60,000 nucleotides of DNA from Lytechinus pictus (lineage: Eukaryota): NCBI RefSeq assembly GCF_037042905.1, contig NC_087251.1, positions 16,494,001 through 16,554,000 of the forward strand, written 5' to 3'. Both the position numbers and the translations under genes were made by a program. A model generated the notes under the pieces. It was not told the origin of the DNA and made no database searches. It saw nothing but the letters and a program-made list of their open reading frames with translations. Below are positions 26,831-38,296 of this stretch, in pieces (the first letter of the stretch is position 1; every line of letters starts with the position of its first letter).

Positions 26831-27922
26831 GAAGTACATGAAATTGCTGATAGTACACTTAATTGCATGTAAAATCAAACACACCCAAATATGCAGAATT
26901 CTACTACACAGTCTGCTTGCGTGAGTGGCTGTATAATAGAAAACATAAGTTCAACGAATCCACACTTTATTATTTTGAACTTGAATAAAATAAAGCAAAT
27001 AGGCTAAAACCATGTAATATTACAGTTTTAAGTTGTTTAAGTATAATTCTTAATTGACCATGCAGTGTTCCAACTTACCCCATACCATGTTCCAACTTAC
27101 CCCGTATTAGGGTAAGTTGGAATGTTTGCGATGGTCTTGTTCAAGGTGGATTTTTTCAGTAACCATAATAGAGTTAAAAATTTTATGGGGTACATTTGAA
27201 GCCCTTAGATATATGCTTCAAGCTGATATATTGATTGTTTCTCGAATAAAATCTATTTGGATTTTACAGCCATTTTTGTCAAAAATGTTCCAACTAACCC
27301 TGGTCTCCCCTACTGTATAATTGCTATTATCATCATCAGTATCATCTCCATCATTATCATTATCATTCTCCTCCTCATCATCATCATTATAAATATTAAT
27401 GTCATTATTTTTTAACTTTGAGCATGCATCAAGATATTACAAAATGATATTTCAAAATTATGTTTAATATAGTATTCATTTAATTTCCATGAACATGTAA
27501 CTTAATAACACAAAAATAAAGGCAATTAAAAAAATGGTAACCCCACTTCAAAACATATATCCTGGTAATAACTAAAAGGAAACTATATGTATTTATGTTG
27601 AGAGGTTCATCTCATTCATTATACAACAATATAAACAATAGTAAGAATCAAGGGGCAGCTATACTTGTGATAAAAAGAAAAGATAGCGAAGACAAATATT
27701 TTAGTTGGTGTGGTGTACTTGTTAACTGATGATTACCACCAGTCTTTTTTATCCTGTATATGATACATGCATACTGGTATTTAGTTCTTTTAAATAATAC
27801 TTCACTCTTCATGACATGCATATTAATAAGTGATTTCAACATGGCTAAACTGGTAACAAAGCTTCATATTCGCCATTAAAATGACCTGCAGCAAAATGCT
27901 GTCTCACATCAGAACAGACCTG

Positions 27923-28140
27923 GGGGGTGTTTCACAAATATTAAGTATGACAAAGTTTGCACTTAAATGCCGACGCGTACATGATATGCAACGCGCAATC
28001 TTATCGATCAATACGCAGTGGGGCGCGTCCTCTTGGCATGATCTGACCAATAGGCAATGCTGTCATGCCTTTTATACTGCGTGCAACTAGAAATTTAAGT
28101 GCGACTCTAAGTCATACTTAAATCTTTGTGAAACACCCCC
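27923..28140. mobile_element. PIF/Harbinger-like MITE
   Basis: GGGGGTGTTTCACAAA ... TTTGTGAAACACCCCC with CTG 3-bp TSD. Confidence 0.75.
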
Positions 28141-29864
28141 CTGGGTTCCTAATCATAAAGATTTTTCGGCAATGGTAACATTACAGCAACTACCATGGTA
28201 ACAGGGCTGAGCAGCCAATCAAAATCAAGGTATCCATGGAAGTTAAGTGCAACTCTCCACCTGGGCTATGTTTTGTCCTCTTTTCAATAAAAAATTTGAG
28301 GTATAACTAGAATTTCTGTCTTTTATTTCAATACACAGACTGTGAATGTCAATTCATAAAGATTTTATTTTTCTTAATGCAGCAATCATGTATATGTAGG
28401 GGTTGTTTTCGGGGGAAGGGGGTGTAGAGGAATGATTTTTTTTTTACAAATTGATAACTTGCAACTTTCCTATTTTGACTTGTCTACTACTCTATATATT
28501 CCTGTCAAATAAAAAAAATACAAACTTGTAATTTGTGTCAGACTCCCCTTTAATATTTCATATGGTATAATATTGGTTTGTTCGTATTAAGCCTTCATTA
28601 ATGGTCTGTGTTCATGTACCATCTTTCTTTCATGGTGCTATGTACATACATGTCATAATGTATTGTGTAATTCACAAACTTTCAAATGTAGTTTTAATAT
28701 CTTCTCATACATTTTCAAAGAGATGCAGAAAAAATATAATATCACATACATGTACACTTGAAGAAAACATAGTAAAATTATGTAATATTGTTAAATTCAT
28801 GACTTCATGACTTACATGACTTGCTAGAATATGTGTATCTGGTTAATAATTTATTGGGTTAAAAAAGTGCTAATTGAACAAAGGCATTGAAGCTCAAGAA
28901 CACAGACTAACGATAATACAATTTCCAAATTCAGCCTTTCCATCACCTTGTGAACTGCCAATAACAATGCTTCAATTTAATAGCAGAGAGCTGTACAGTG
29001 TACACACAGCTTAGAACAGAAATTGCTGATTCAGCAAACAAATGTTCAATTCCAATGGACTTTGGAATGTCAGCAAACTCTATAATGTTTGAACAGCATA
29101 AATTAGATTTTGCTATCTCACCTACTACACACAAACAATTATCATTTATGAACAGGACTGCCAATTGGATCATTGTACAATATGAGAAAATAACTTACTT
29201 TAGATTTATTTCAAAAAAAATATATATTCATATTCCTCTGGCCAGTTGTGGAAAGAGATGCACATGCACTTGAAAATCCAACATTATTGAATTTTTAACC
29301 ACTCAGACTCAACACAAGAGCTGTGTTCAAGAATGTTGAACTACTGTTTCATTCCCCCACTTGAATAATATGACATCTTAGTTTTACACCCATGATATTC
29401 TACTATTACATCATCTTGCCTTAAGTATCCTCGGATTTAAAAGAAAAAACAAATTCAGGAATTCCACTATCATGGCCAGTATTGGAATGATGCATGTATT
29501 ATTTCTATTCGAAAACAACATTATTATCTTTGTATAGTGTACATGTACCCACAAGAAAAAGTTGCTACAGGAAGGACCTATATCAAATATCATCTCGATT
29601 GGTACACATGCTGTGATACAAATTAGGGTTTGATTATTGAAAGTGTTACAACCATCAATCACTAAGGGATAGCACCAAAGAAAATGGGGGATTTCATATT
29701 TGCACTGGAGCAATTTTACATTTGATCTCGCTTGGTGTTAAACTTTAAAGAAATGTGATTTGAATAAAACTAAGATTAGCAGCAAAAGAGCTATGAAAAA
29801 AAATCTAACACCAGCATCAAGACTAAACTAGAAATTACACATTAACTTCCCAAATTTTGCTTAC

Positions 29865-29992
29865 CCCATTTATCAAAAGCATCCTCTTTGCGACGACTCC
29901 ATCGTTCCCTGAAAGCCTGCATTATCATTTTGTCAGAGGCATCAACGCTAACCACCTCAAATCCCTCCTCCAGTAACATCACAGAATCAATA
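29865..29992 (-). CDS. GNMT: Glycine N-methyltransferase, exon 2
   Basis: [22 protein letters not shown]...[13 protein letters not shown]; 128 nt; CAG and GTAAGC boundaries. Confidence 0.95.
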
Positions 29993-30529
29993 CTGTTAAA
30001 TTATAAGAAAAATAAAAGTCAAACATGAAATGGAAGACATTGAAGAACATCATTATCTGAAAATGAAAACTTTGCAAGTCATTTAACATACATATGACAA
30101 TTTTATGGACTGGACTCATTTCCTAAATTTCTGCTGTCTTTGCCATAGACATTAATTGGATTTGCAGGTTTGTCAGATGCTCCATAATGTTCATTCCACT
30201 AATGTTTTGCTTCACTACAATGTAGGATACACCCTCTCTATTGGAGGATAATTTTCTTATTTTTATATATATACATGTATAGGTTCAAACAAAGAAAAGT
30301 ATCAAAACTCCATGGACAATAAATTTCAACGAATTTTCGCCCATAGGACTTTGACTTTATTATATATATACCTACATCCTACAAAAGGGCGAAGTCTACG
30401 AATGGGTTTATTCCATCATAATACACATATAGACGTAAAGACGAAGGTAGAGGGCGTTAAGGTGCATTACGAACATTGCAAGAAGACAAAAAAATTCGCC
30501 TTAAACACAGATGTAGAGAAATATATACT

Positions 30530-31145
30530 GGTACTTTTTACTGCTAAACTTTGACTGTTGGCGGTGAGGCCCTTTTCAGATTTTCCAGTTTTGGAGCCGG
30601 AGATTCTCCATTGTCACCTTGCAGTCATGGCAACACGTCTATAGATGCGTCTTTTACAGTGCGCTTCTTCCATCTTCAGTGCATTGATTTTTTGAAAGGT
30701 GAGTTTCACGATCCGTGTGCCCATGAACAGACGTGTTTTTCACGTTTTCAGAAATGGATTTTGAATTCTCTTTTTTGTCATCATGGGCACTAAGAGTGAC
30801 TTTACCTTTCATTTTTGAGAGCTACACGTATGCTCCTTTTAAAAGCTATGATTTTATTTCTACGGCATTTACTAAACCATTTGTGATTATTTTATTAATT
30901 TGCCGAAGCAGACTATTTCTATTTTACTCAGGTACTTTTTACTGCTAAACTTCGACTGTTGGCAGTGAGGCTCTTTTCAGATTTTCCTTTCTTTGAAAGG
31001 TGAGTTTCACAATCCGTATGCCCATGAACAGACCTGTTTTTCATGACTGTTTCAGAAACTGATTTTGAATTCTCTTTTTTGTCACATCATGGGCACTGAT
31101 GAAGAGTGTGACTTTACCTTTCACTTTTGAGAGCTATGCTTCTTT
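30530..31145. repeat. Diverged tandem duplication with an internal deletion in the second copy
   Basis: GGTACTTTTTACTGCTAAACTT.GACTGTTGGC.GTGAGGC at ~30530 and 30931; shared TTTGAAAGGTGAGTTTCAC...GAGAGCTA blocks. Confidence 0.85.
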
Positions 31146-31386
31146 AAATTTTCTTGACAGTTAACGTATTGTTTGTCCTATTTCACTATATAAATGATTT
31201 GGTCTGATATATTTTGTATCCCCCTGATCTGTCTACAGCTTTTAAAAGGTTTAGGCCTATAATATTTGAATATCATGACTTTTAGGTGTAACTCTTTCAT
31301 CCATTGATTTTGTGAAAATTTGGGTTCTATACATTTGATGTAGGGCCCTCTCTCTCTCTCTCTTTTTCTTTAATAATAAACACTTT

Positions 31387-31800
31387 ACGCACACCTTACG
31401 ATTGGTCTGCGACCCGATTTCAGAATAAAATGTAGGCCTAGTAGAATTTGATGCTCATATTGAGACATGGAATATCTTACTGTGTTATGTTCTAAATCAT
31501 CGTACGAATACCTATGTTCAAATCTGTGACTATTCTATCATCCTTCTTAGAATAAAAGCAAATTTAAATATCTAGTCGTAATGACTTCATAGCAGTCGTA
31601 CGATGGCTAGGATTTGAAACTAATTTGGCCTTTACTCCAAAATAAAAGCTTGCAATCTTTCAAAATGGTTATATTAGTATTCTTTCAATTGATTTTAACC
31701 TCAAATAAAATGATATGTTCCATTCATTTTTTCAGAAAATGAGCAAAATGTGATGTGTTCCAAAATCGGACCGCGAACAGTCGTAAGGTGTGCGGTGGCC
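31387..31800. mobile_element. Harbinger-like MITE
   Basis: CGCACACCTTACGA ... TCGTAAGGTGTGCGGTGGCC|TTA; left terminus eroded. Confidence 0.6.
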
Positions 31801-32339
31801 TTACACATGTAATGATTGCATACTGATGCTACAAACTTGCTTGAGAAATGGTTTTATACCAAAAAACATAATTCATTTCTATTCTGGTTGGCATCTTACA
31901 ACCAAATTAAATTTTTGATATGTGAAATCTTATAAAAAATACATCCACTACTAGTACTAGTCTAGACTATTGAAGTTTCCAACTTCAACTTTCATATCAT
32001 CAACATTATGAGTTAAAGGTCATCATTCACAGAACAAGAGAATAAATCTGAAAAGTGACAAAGATTTTTGGTATAATTCATTGAGTGATCACTGATCATG
32101 CTGATTAGACTTGAACTTCTCAAAGTTCTTGTTAGTTCAGCCAGGTTCTTTGAAATATTGCTCTTTTTTGTGTGTAAATGTCATTTTAAAAATACGAGAA
32201 CTTTTTCTTGGATATGATTGGGGCTAGTTTGTTTCTAAAATGTGAGTAAAATATGGACACTTCATCTCCCATCATTCATACAGAGTATGAACTGCACTTT
32301 GCATGTGAATTACAAATGAAAACGTGAAAAGGAACTCAC

Positions 32340-32545
32340 CCAGTACCACAAGCGACGTCAAGCACACGCTTGCAATTCTTCTCCCGGAGCAGCTGGGTGA
32401 TCCAGCTCCGATAAACGTCTATCCTTTCATTGCGGCCGCCGATGTAGAATTCCCAAACTTTCGCTGCTTTTCCATCTGCATACTGGTCGGGAATACCCTC
32501 TGACGCGACTCCCAAAGAACGAGTACGATAGATACTATCAACCAT
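32340..32545 (-). CDS. GNMT: Glycine N-methyltransferase, exon 1
   Basis: [31 protein letters not shown]...[10 protein letters not shown]; 206 nt; GTGAGT donor. Confidence 0.97.
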
Positions 32546-34015
32546 TTTTACTTCAAAACTCAAATCTAGATGATGTCGAAAATGAAATTAAAAAGGCTTT
32601 CGACTCGAGCAAAAACGCGATGACACCGCACTTCGTTTGTGTTTCGATGAAGTATGGATACCGATATATAGGTAACGGCAATTGCGTTATGCAATACGGT
32701 ATGGTAATTTACGCAATACGGTACAGTTTTCTGAGCTGGGGCTGCGCTGCTGCTATGTTTACTTCGTCGTATGCCACGTGAACGCGAAGAGGGCGTTGCG
32801 TGGGCGTGGCGCAGAGGAAGATAAATTGACAAGTTTTATCGTTATCAATTTAACTAATTCGAACTTGAGGTCAAAGTAAGTTGAATGATTGTTGAATGAT
32901 TATGGAGTAAAACATGTTGACTAAAATCCCTGTGGGCCTATGGATGGAATTTGCAAATGAAATGTCTTCTATTTCTTTAATGGGTCCGCGGTCCCCATCA
33001 AAACGTTTTGGCATTTTTGGCTAGGCCCCAACCATGACGGTGGGGCGAAGCACCCCCCCCCCCCCCGCCCGCCCCTAATGGCAGCACACACAAAAAAGGG
33101 AAAAGGAGGAGAAGAAAAGGGGGAATGAAGGAGAGGAGGAAGGAAAGTGCATAAAATAATTGGGGAATAATAAGAAAAATTCTTGTTGAGTGCGTGAGAT
33201 AAAAAAGAGAAATCAACTGAGGATACCGTTTTATGAACAGAAGGCCTTTATTAAAAATTGCAGCTCGCACTTCGTGCTCGCTTTCAGTTAGATCTATGCG
33301 TATCTATTACCAAAATTGCTTCAAATGTTTCGTTGATTTTCAGGTTAAATTACATGAAATTTATAAAAATTTTAGCTAGCACTTGATCGCGCTCATATGT
33401 TTACTTTCAGGGTTCATGAGATACCTAATCCTGTTAGTAAGAATAAACTAAATTGTACTTAAAACTTTAGTCTTTAAATTAAATTAGAGAGGACATAATG
33501 AAAACGATCCGACAAGGTGTGGATATGTAAATGCCCCCTCCCCCTTTTCGGCGAAAGCTGAATCTGCCCCTGCCATGCACTTCTAAGACTCAGGCGTGGA
33601 ATCAGGGACCAGGATACATTATAAGCGTTATAAGATATGGACTCGCCAACGAGAAGTAGCTCCATTGGTTGCCCGATGAAAAAAGTATAGAATATCTTGT
33701 GAAATCCCAAATTGCCCGACGCAACAATAAAACTCATATCAAGAAGTAACCATATGCCAGCAATGTCTTCCCTCTCTTAATCCCTCAATATAGGATCATT
33801 TGCCACTGTACTCAGGAATTCCCTAAATTTAAGCCTACATCCATTTTCCACATGTAAAATCTGTTCTTAAAGTAACGGGTATACTCCGGGCTAAAATGAT
33901 TTTACATGTAAATAGACTAATATTCACCGAGCAAACTGCTGAAAATTTCATCAAAACCTGATAACAAATAATGAAGGTCTTGAATCTTATAAAGTTTAGC
34001 AATCATTGTGTGAAA

Positions 34016-35720
34016 CACTGGCGTAAATCCCGGGGGATGGGGGGATATATCCCCCCACTTTTCGAAGAGGGGGGGGGGGGATGGCCTGTACAAACATCCC
34101 CCCACTTTTTACGAAAGAAATGAAAAAAAAATCACAAGAGATAATTGTTTTATTGGTGAAAATTCTACCTGAAATACCGCTTAACAAATAAAACAATATT
34201 ATTGAATCATAAGATGCAAATAAAGAGCCAGTTCACCATTTTCAAACGAAATACTTATGTCCTTATTATAACATTGAAGAGAAACTCCCGTTTCTTCCAA
34301 TTCATCAATGTTGGGGTCTTTGGGAAGGGATTAAGATGGAATGTCAATTCTTTTTTAATGTTATCTCTAATAAAACCATTAAACCGTCATGGGGTAAAAA
34401 AGATAATAATATTGGAGGGGTATTTGCCATATGGACATACAGTGGCGTAACTACGGGGGGGGCATGGGGGGCACATGCCCCCCCCCCCCAATCGGCTGAC
34501 CAAAAAAAAAAACGGGGAAAAGGAGAAAAGAGGGAGAAAGGAAGAGAAGCGTATAGTGGGAAAGAAGAAAATATTATTTATTATAATGTTATATTATAAT
34601 TATGTTATGTTAATTACATTACATAAGAAACATTTTTATCATAACTTCATGAAACATAATTTGCCCAGGGCCTACGTCTTCATTGTTCCTGGTGCTTGCA
34701 TTGTCTGTTAACGAGATATATAATCCTGTTGTACTGAAACATCCCGTTTTCAAGTCAATATAAACCAAATATATTTCCTAGCACTTGAGTTATCATTGTT
34801 TTATGTAGTGACATATGCTTCTTTTTCATGACTCAAAAAGTGATTGCCCCATGTTAAGGTCTTCGTATATATGAAACATTTCCTGTCCGTGATTACGTTC
34901 GCATTAGTGGATTGGTGAGATATGTCTGCTCTTCATGAATTCCTAAAATCAGTCCTTAAAATGTCCCTTCTTCTGATCTGAATATAAAAAATTTTCAGCT
35001 CGCGCTTCGCGCTCGCATCATTTGGATATTGAATTACGTATGGTCCTAGTTAATTCCTACAAAGAAACCTTAGATTGCCCAACTTCAGGTCTGAATTATC
35101 TAAATTTTCAGCTCGCGCTTTGCGCTCGCAATATTTGATTAGTGAGATGCGTATGATAATCATGATTGCAATGACTACAAAAAGTGTTTCATGTGTTCAG
35201 ATGTAATTCTTATAAACCAGCAAGCGCTTGGCACTCGCATTAGATGACTATGGTGAGATATGCATACTCTTAATGGATTCCTAAAATATATTCCTCAAAA
35301 TCTCGCTGTTTGGGGTCAAAATATACGAAAATTTCAGCTCGCGCTTCGCGCTCGTATTGTTTAGCGAGACCTTTTATGATTACACAAATTTGATTATAAT
35401 GTCTTTTTTTCGGTGTGAATATAAAAAAAAATCAGCTCGCGCTTCGCGCTCGCATTATTTGATCAGTGAGATGCATATCCGTTTAATGACATTGTCCAGA
35501 AAATGTCTCTATTAGGTCAGTATAACTGGCAACTGAGCGCGCTCACTCAGTGATTCAAACATTTTGCTGGTGCCCCCCTCCCCAATGCCGTGACCCACGG
35601 TACGCCACTGTGGACATATCAATGACAATTCCTTGCATATCTAAAAACATGATTGCAAAAAAAAAAAGCCAAAATATTTCAGTCATCCCCCCCACCCATC
35701 AACACGGATTTACGCCAGTG
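34016..35720. mobile_element. hAT-like non-autonomous element hosting 34440-35610
   Basis: Perfect 15-bp TIR CACTGGCGTAAATCC / GGATTTACGCCAGTG; no TSD recognised. Confidence 0.7.
34440..35610 (+). mobile_element. Non-autonomous hAT-like element with TTTTCAGCTCGCGCTTCGCGCTCGC repeats
   Basis: TIR CAGTGGCGTA / TACGCCACTG; perfect 8-bp TSD TGGACATA at 34432-34439 and 35611-35618. Confidence 0.9.
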
Positions 35721-35779
35721 ATATATGGACACTTTATCATGTTTATGTTGAAATTTTGCATACATAAATGTGATATTTA

Positions 35780-36250
35780 AAGGTCAAGTCCACACCAACG
35801 AAAAGTTTATTTGAATAAAAAGACACTGAAAATTTCGTGTAAAATAAGAAAGTTATGACACTTTAAGGTTTCACTTATTTTTCACAAAACACAACTCAGA
35901 CAGTGATATGCAGTCGATGATGTCCCCCTATTTCTTTTGTTTTGTATTGTTTGAATTATACAATATTTAAATTTTTACACTCAGATTTGACGATAAGGAC
36001 TCTTTTGTTTAAACCACAAAATTTAAAAACAATGATGATTACACATGTTCACGGAAGACTAAAACTTCGTTTCATGTGACAACGAGGAAAAAATGAGAAT
36101 ATTTCATATTCATGTAATGAAATAAAATGAAAGAAATAATGAGTTGATGATGTCATCAGTCTCCTCATTTGCATATCGACCAGGATGAGAATATATATGG
36201 CAAAATTAAAACGAAACTTTAAAATGTCATATTTTTTTATATTTTACATT
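35780..36250. mobile_element. Truncated Kolobok-like MITE, family of 2106-2714
   Basis: TTAAAGGTCAAGTCCAC start and shared body motifs; right terminus absent. Confidence 0.6.
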
Positions 36251-36889
36251 GGAAAAAAAATCCGGTGAGGTCATCTGGGGCAGTATCAGGCGAAAAACGC
36301 AATTGGAGGATCTCCCCAATCAACTTTATACAGAAACTCATTCCGAATAAATTTGCTCTATATGATCCCTCCTATTGGCATGTATATTTCCCCAGTTTCC
36401 TTGATAAAAAAATCAAATGTTTCAACAGTACAGTAGGATAAATCCAAGTCAACCTTTTTCAACTTTGCCATAATAATCAACACTTTGATTGTGGGCATCA
36501 ACGGAAAGACAAGACAACATCATTGGTATTTTTCAAAAATTATTCTCAAATCTCAGGAAGACATGTGTCTAAATAAGAGTATTTCGGAATTTTCTTCAGT
36601 ATATACGTATAGTCATAAGTGACTAGAAGATTTGATCTCAATTGTGATAAAAAAACTCCAGTAGGATAAGATTTGATGGAATTGCTGATTAAAAAATCTC
36701 ATGGAAAAGCAAATCTTCTGGAATACTAAATCTTTATTTACAGTTTAGATTGCATGACTCTAGATCGGCAATAGCAATATGATCATGTCAACCCGCATAC
36801 CGATACGCGTTTATTTTCTTTCTTATTTCTGTTGCCCCTTGGCCTTGCTGACCGGTCGCGAAGCGGGAGTCGATCTTTCAAATTCAAGC

Positions 36890-36901
36890 ATGTTTTATCA
36901 C
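36890..36901 (+). CDS. POLR2G: RNA polymerase II subunit RPB7, coding exon 1 (MFYH)
   Basis: ATG TTT TAT CAC|GTAAGT after a CpG-rich leader; supplies the conserved N-terminus missing from exon 2. Confidence 0.88.
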
Positions 36902-37614
36902 GTAAGTGACTCGTAAATATGTTGATTATGCTTGGATTTCAATAATACTGCCCATTTGCTACTACAGAGATAAATATTTTGTATTATTCTATCGTCAAGT
37001 CATTGATAATGTTGATTAACTTTTCCTTTTTTTTGTTAATGTTCCCACCTATTGATTTCTGTGTTGGTGTGATGAGTAGAGGAGTTAACCAAGCTAAATT
37101 AATAATAAGATGAGTGCCGACCGCAGCTTCGCGGGTGGCGTAGCCAGGGCAGGAGGCTCCAAAGTTAGAGAGTAAAAATCATTCACTAACTGGCTCCACG
37201 GAGTCGGTGATTGTGCACCTGCACCCATGGCTGCATTACATGCCGCCCTGCACACAGAATAATCGCAGGCACGGGCTAGTCTGCTGGGCAAACCCTTCGC
37301 TCGAGTTAAGGGTCTGAATGTGCAGCCTACTCATGCCTTGTGTACTGAAGGCTCTCTCGCCTTGGAACAGCAAGTTTTGTATGTGCTAGTCTTTGCATGG
37401 AGGCACACTTGTTGATCAAAGTTCGGCATAATCGTGATATAGTCCCCAAATCCAAAAGTGGGGATTATTAGAATCACACCTACCAGAACGCATGAAAATC
37501 ACTTCCTTTCTCCAGAACACAGTCCCCAACTCTCGCACAACTCTGTGGCAAAATGATAACACACACAAATGAAACACACACTGTATATATAAACACTAGG
37601 GTTCTCTCCCTATT

Positions 37615-37920
37615 ATATACTCGTGATCCAGTCCCCACTCAATGGGAAATCCAGTTTGATTTTCACGGCGGTGGGGACAGTTCCAACAGTATATATACTC
37701 GTGATCCAGTCCCCACTCAATGGGAAATCCAGTTTGATTTTCACGGCGGTGGGGACAGTTCCAACAGTATAGTATACTCGTGATCCAGTCCCCACTCAAT
37801 GGGAAATCCAGTTTGATTTTCACGGCGGTGGGGATAGCTCCAACAGTATTCATACTCGTGGTACCGTCCCCTCACAACATAAAATCGTGCTCGTTCAACA
37901 AGGGGATGGGGACAGTTTCC
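37615..37920. repeat. 78/79-bp tandem repeat x3 plus one diverged unit; mirrored at ~38805-39110
   Basis: TCGTG anchors at 37621, 37699, 37778, 37856. Confidence 0.95.
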
Positions 37921-38076
37921 TGATGCATTGTGACAAGGATAAAACATCTTAGGGTATGGCTGCGGAAGCTGAGGGAGGGGGGGGGGGGGACTTCAGCCCC
38001 TACCTTTTTCCAAAACATTGTGAATCCTTCTGAACTAAAATCCTATAGAAATGCCTTCATATATAGCATAAAAGTG

Positions 38077-38296
38077 CAGTCTTTTTTCCAGACCCGGTTA
38101 ATTAAAAATTGTAATATAAGTTCAAAGTCTTTTTTTCCAGACCCGGTTAATTAAAAATTATAATATAAGTCCAAAGTCTTTTTTTCCAGACCCGGTTAAT
38201 TAAAAATTATAATATAAGTCCAAAGTCTTTTTTTCCAGACCCGGTTAATTAAAAATTATAATATAAGTCCAAAGTCTTTTTTTCCAGACCCGGTTG
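38077..38296. repeat. 49-bp tandem repeat; inverted, more diverged copies at ~38430-38650
   Basis: ACCCGG anchors at 38092, 38141, 38190, 38239, 38288. Confidence 0.95.

Noticed and set aside
32546..32563. N-terminal extension MSFEVK on GNMT
   Set aside because: Starts at TTG; the conserved start is AAA-ATG-GTT (MVDS)
37615..38296. 78-bp and 49-bp arrays as a CRISPR array
   Set aside because: Units are identical head-to-tail with no unique spacers, mirrored within transposon arms, with no cas genes, in a eukaryotic context
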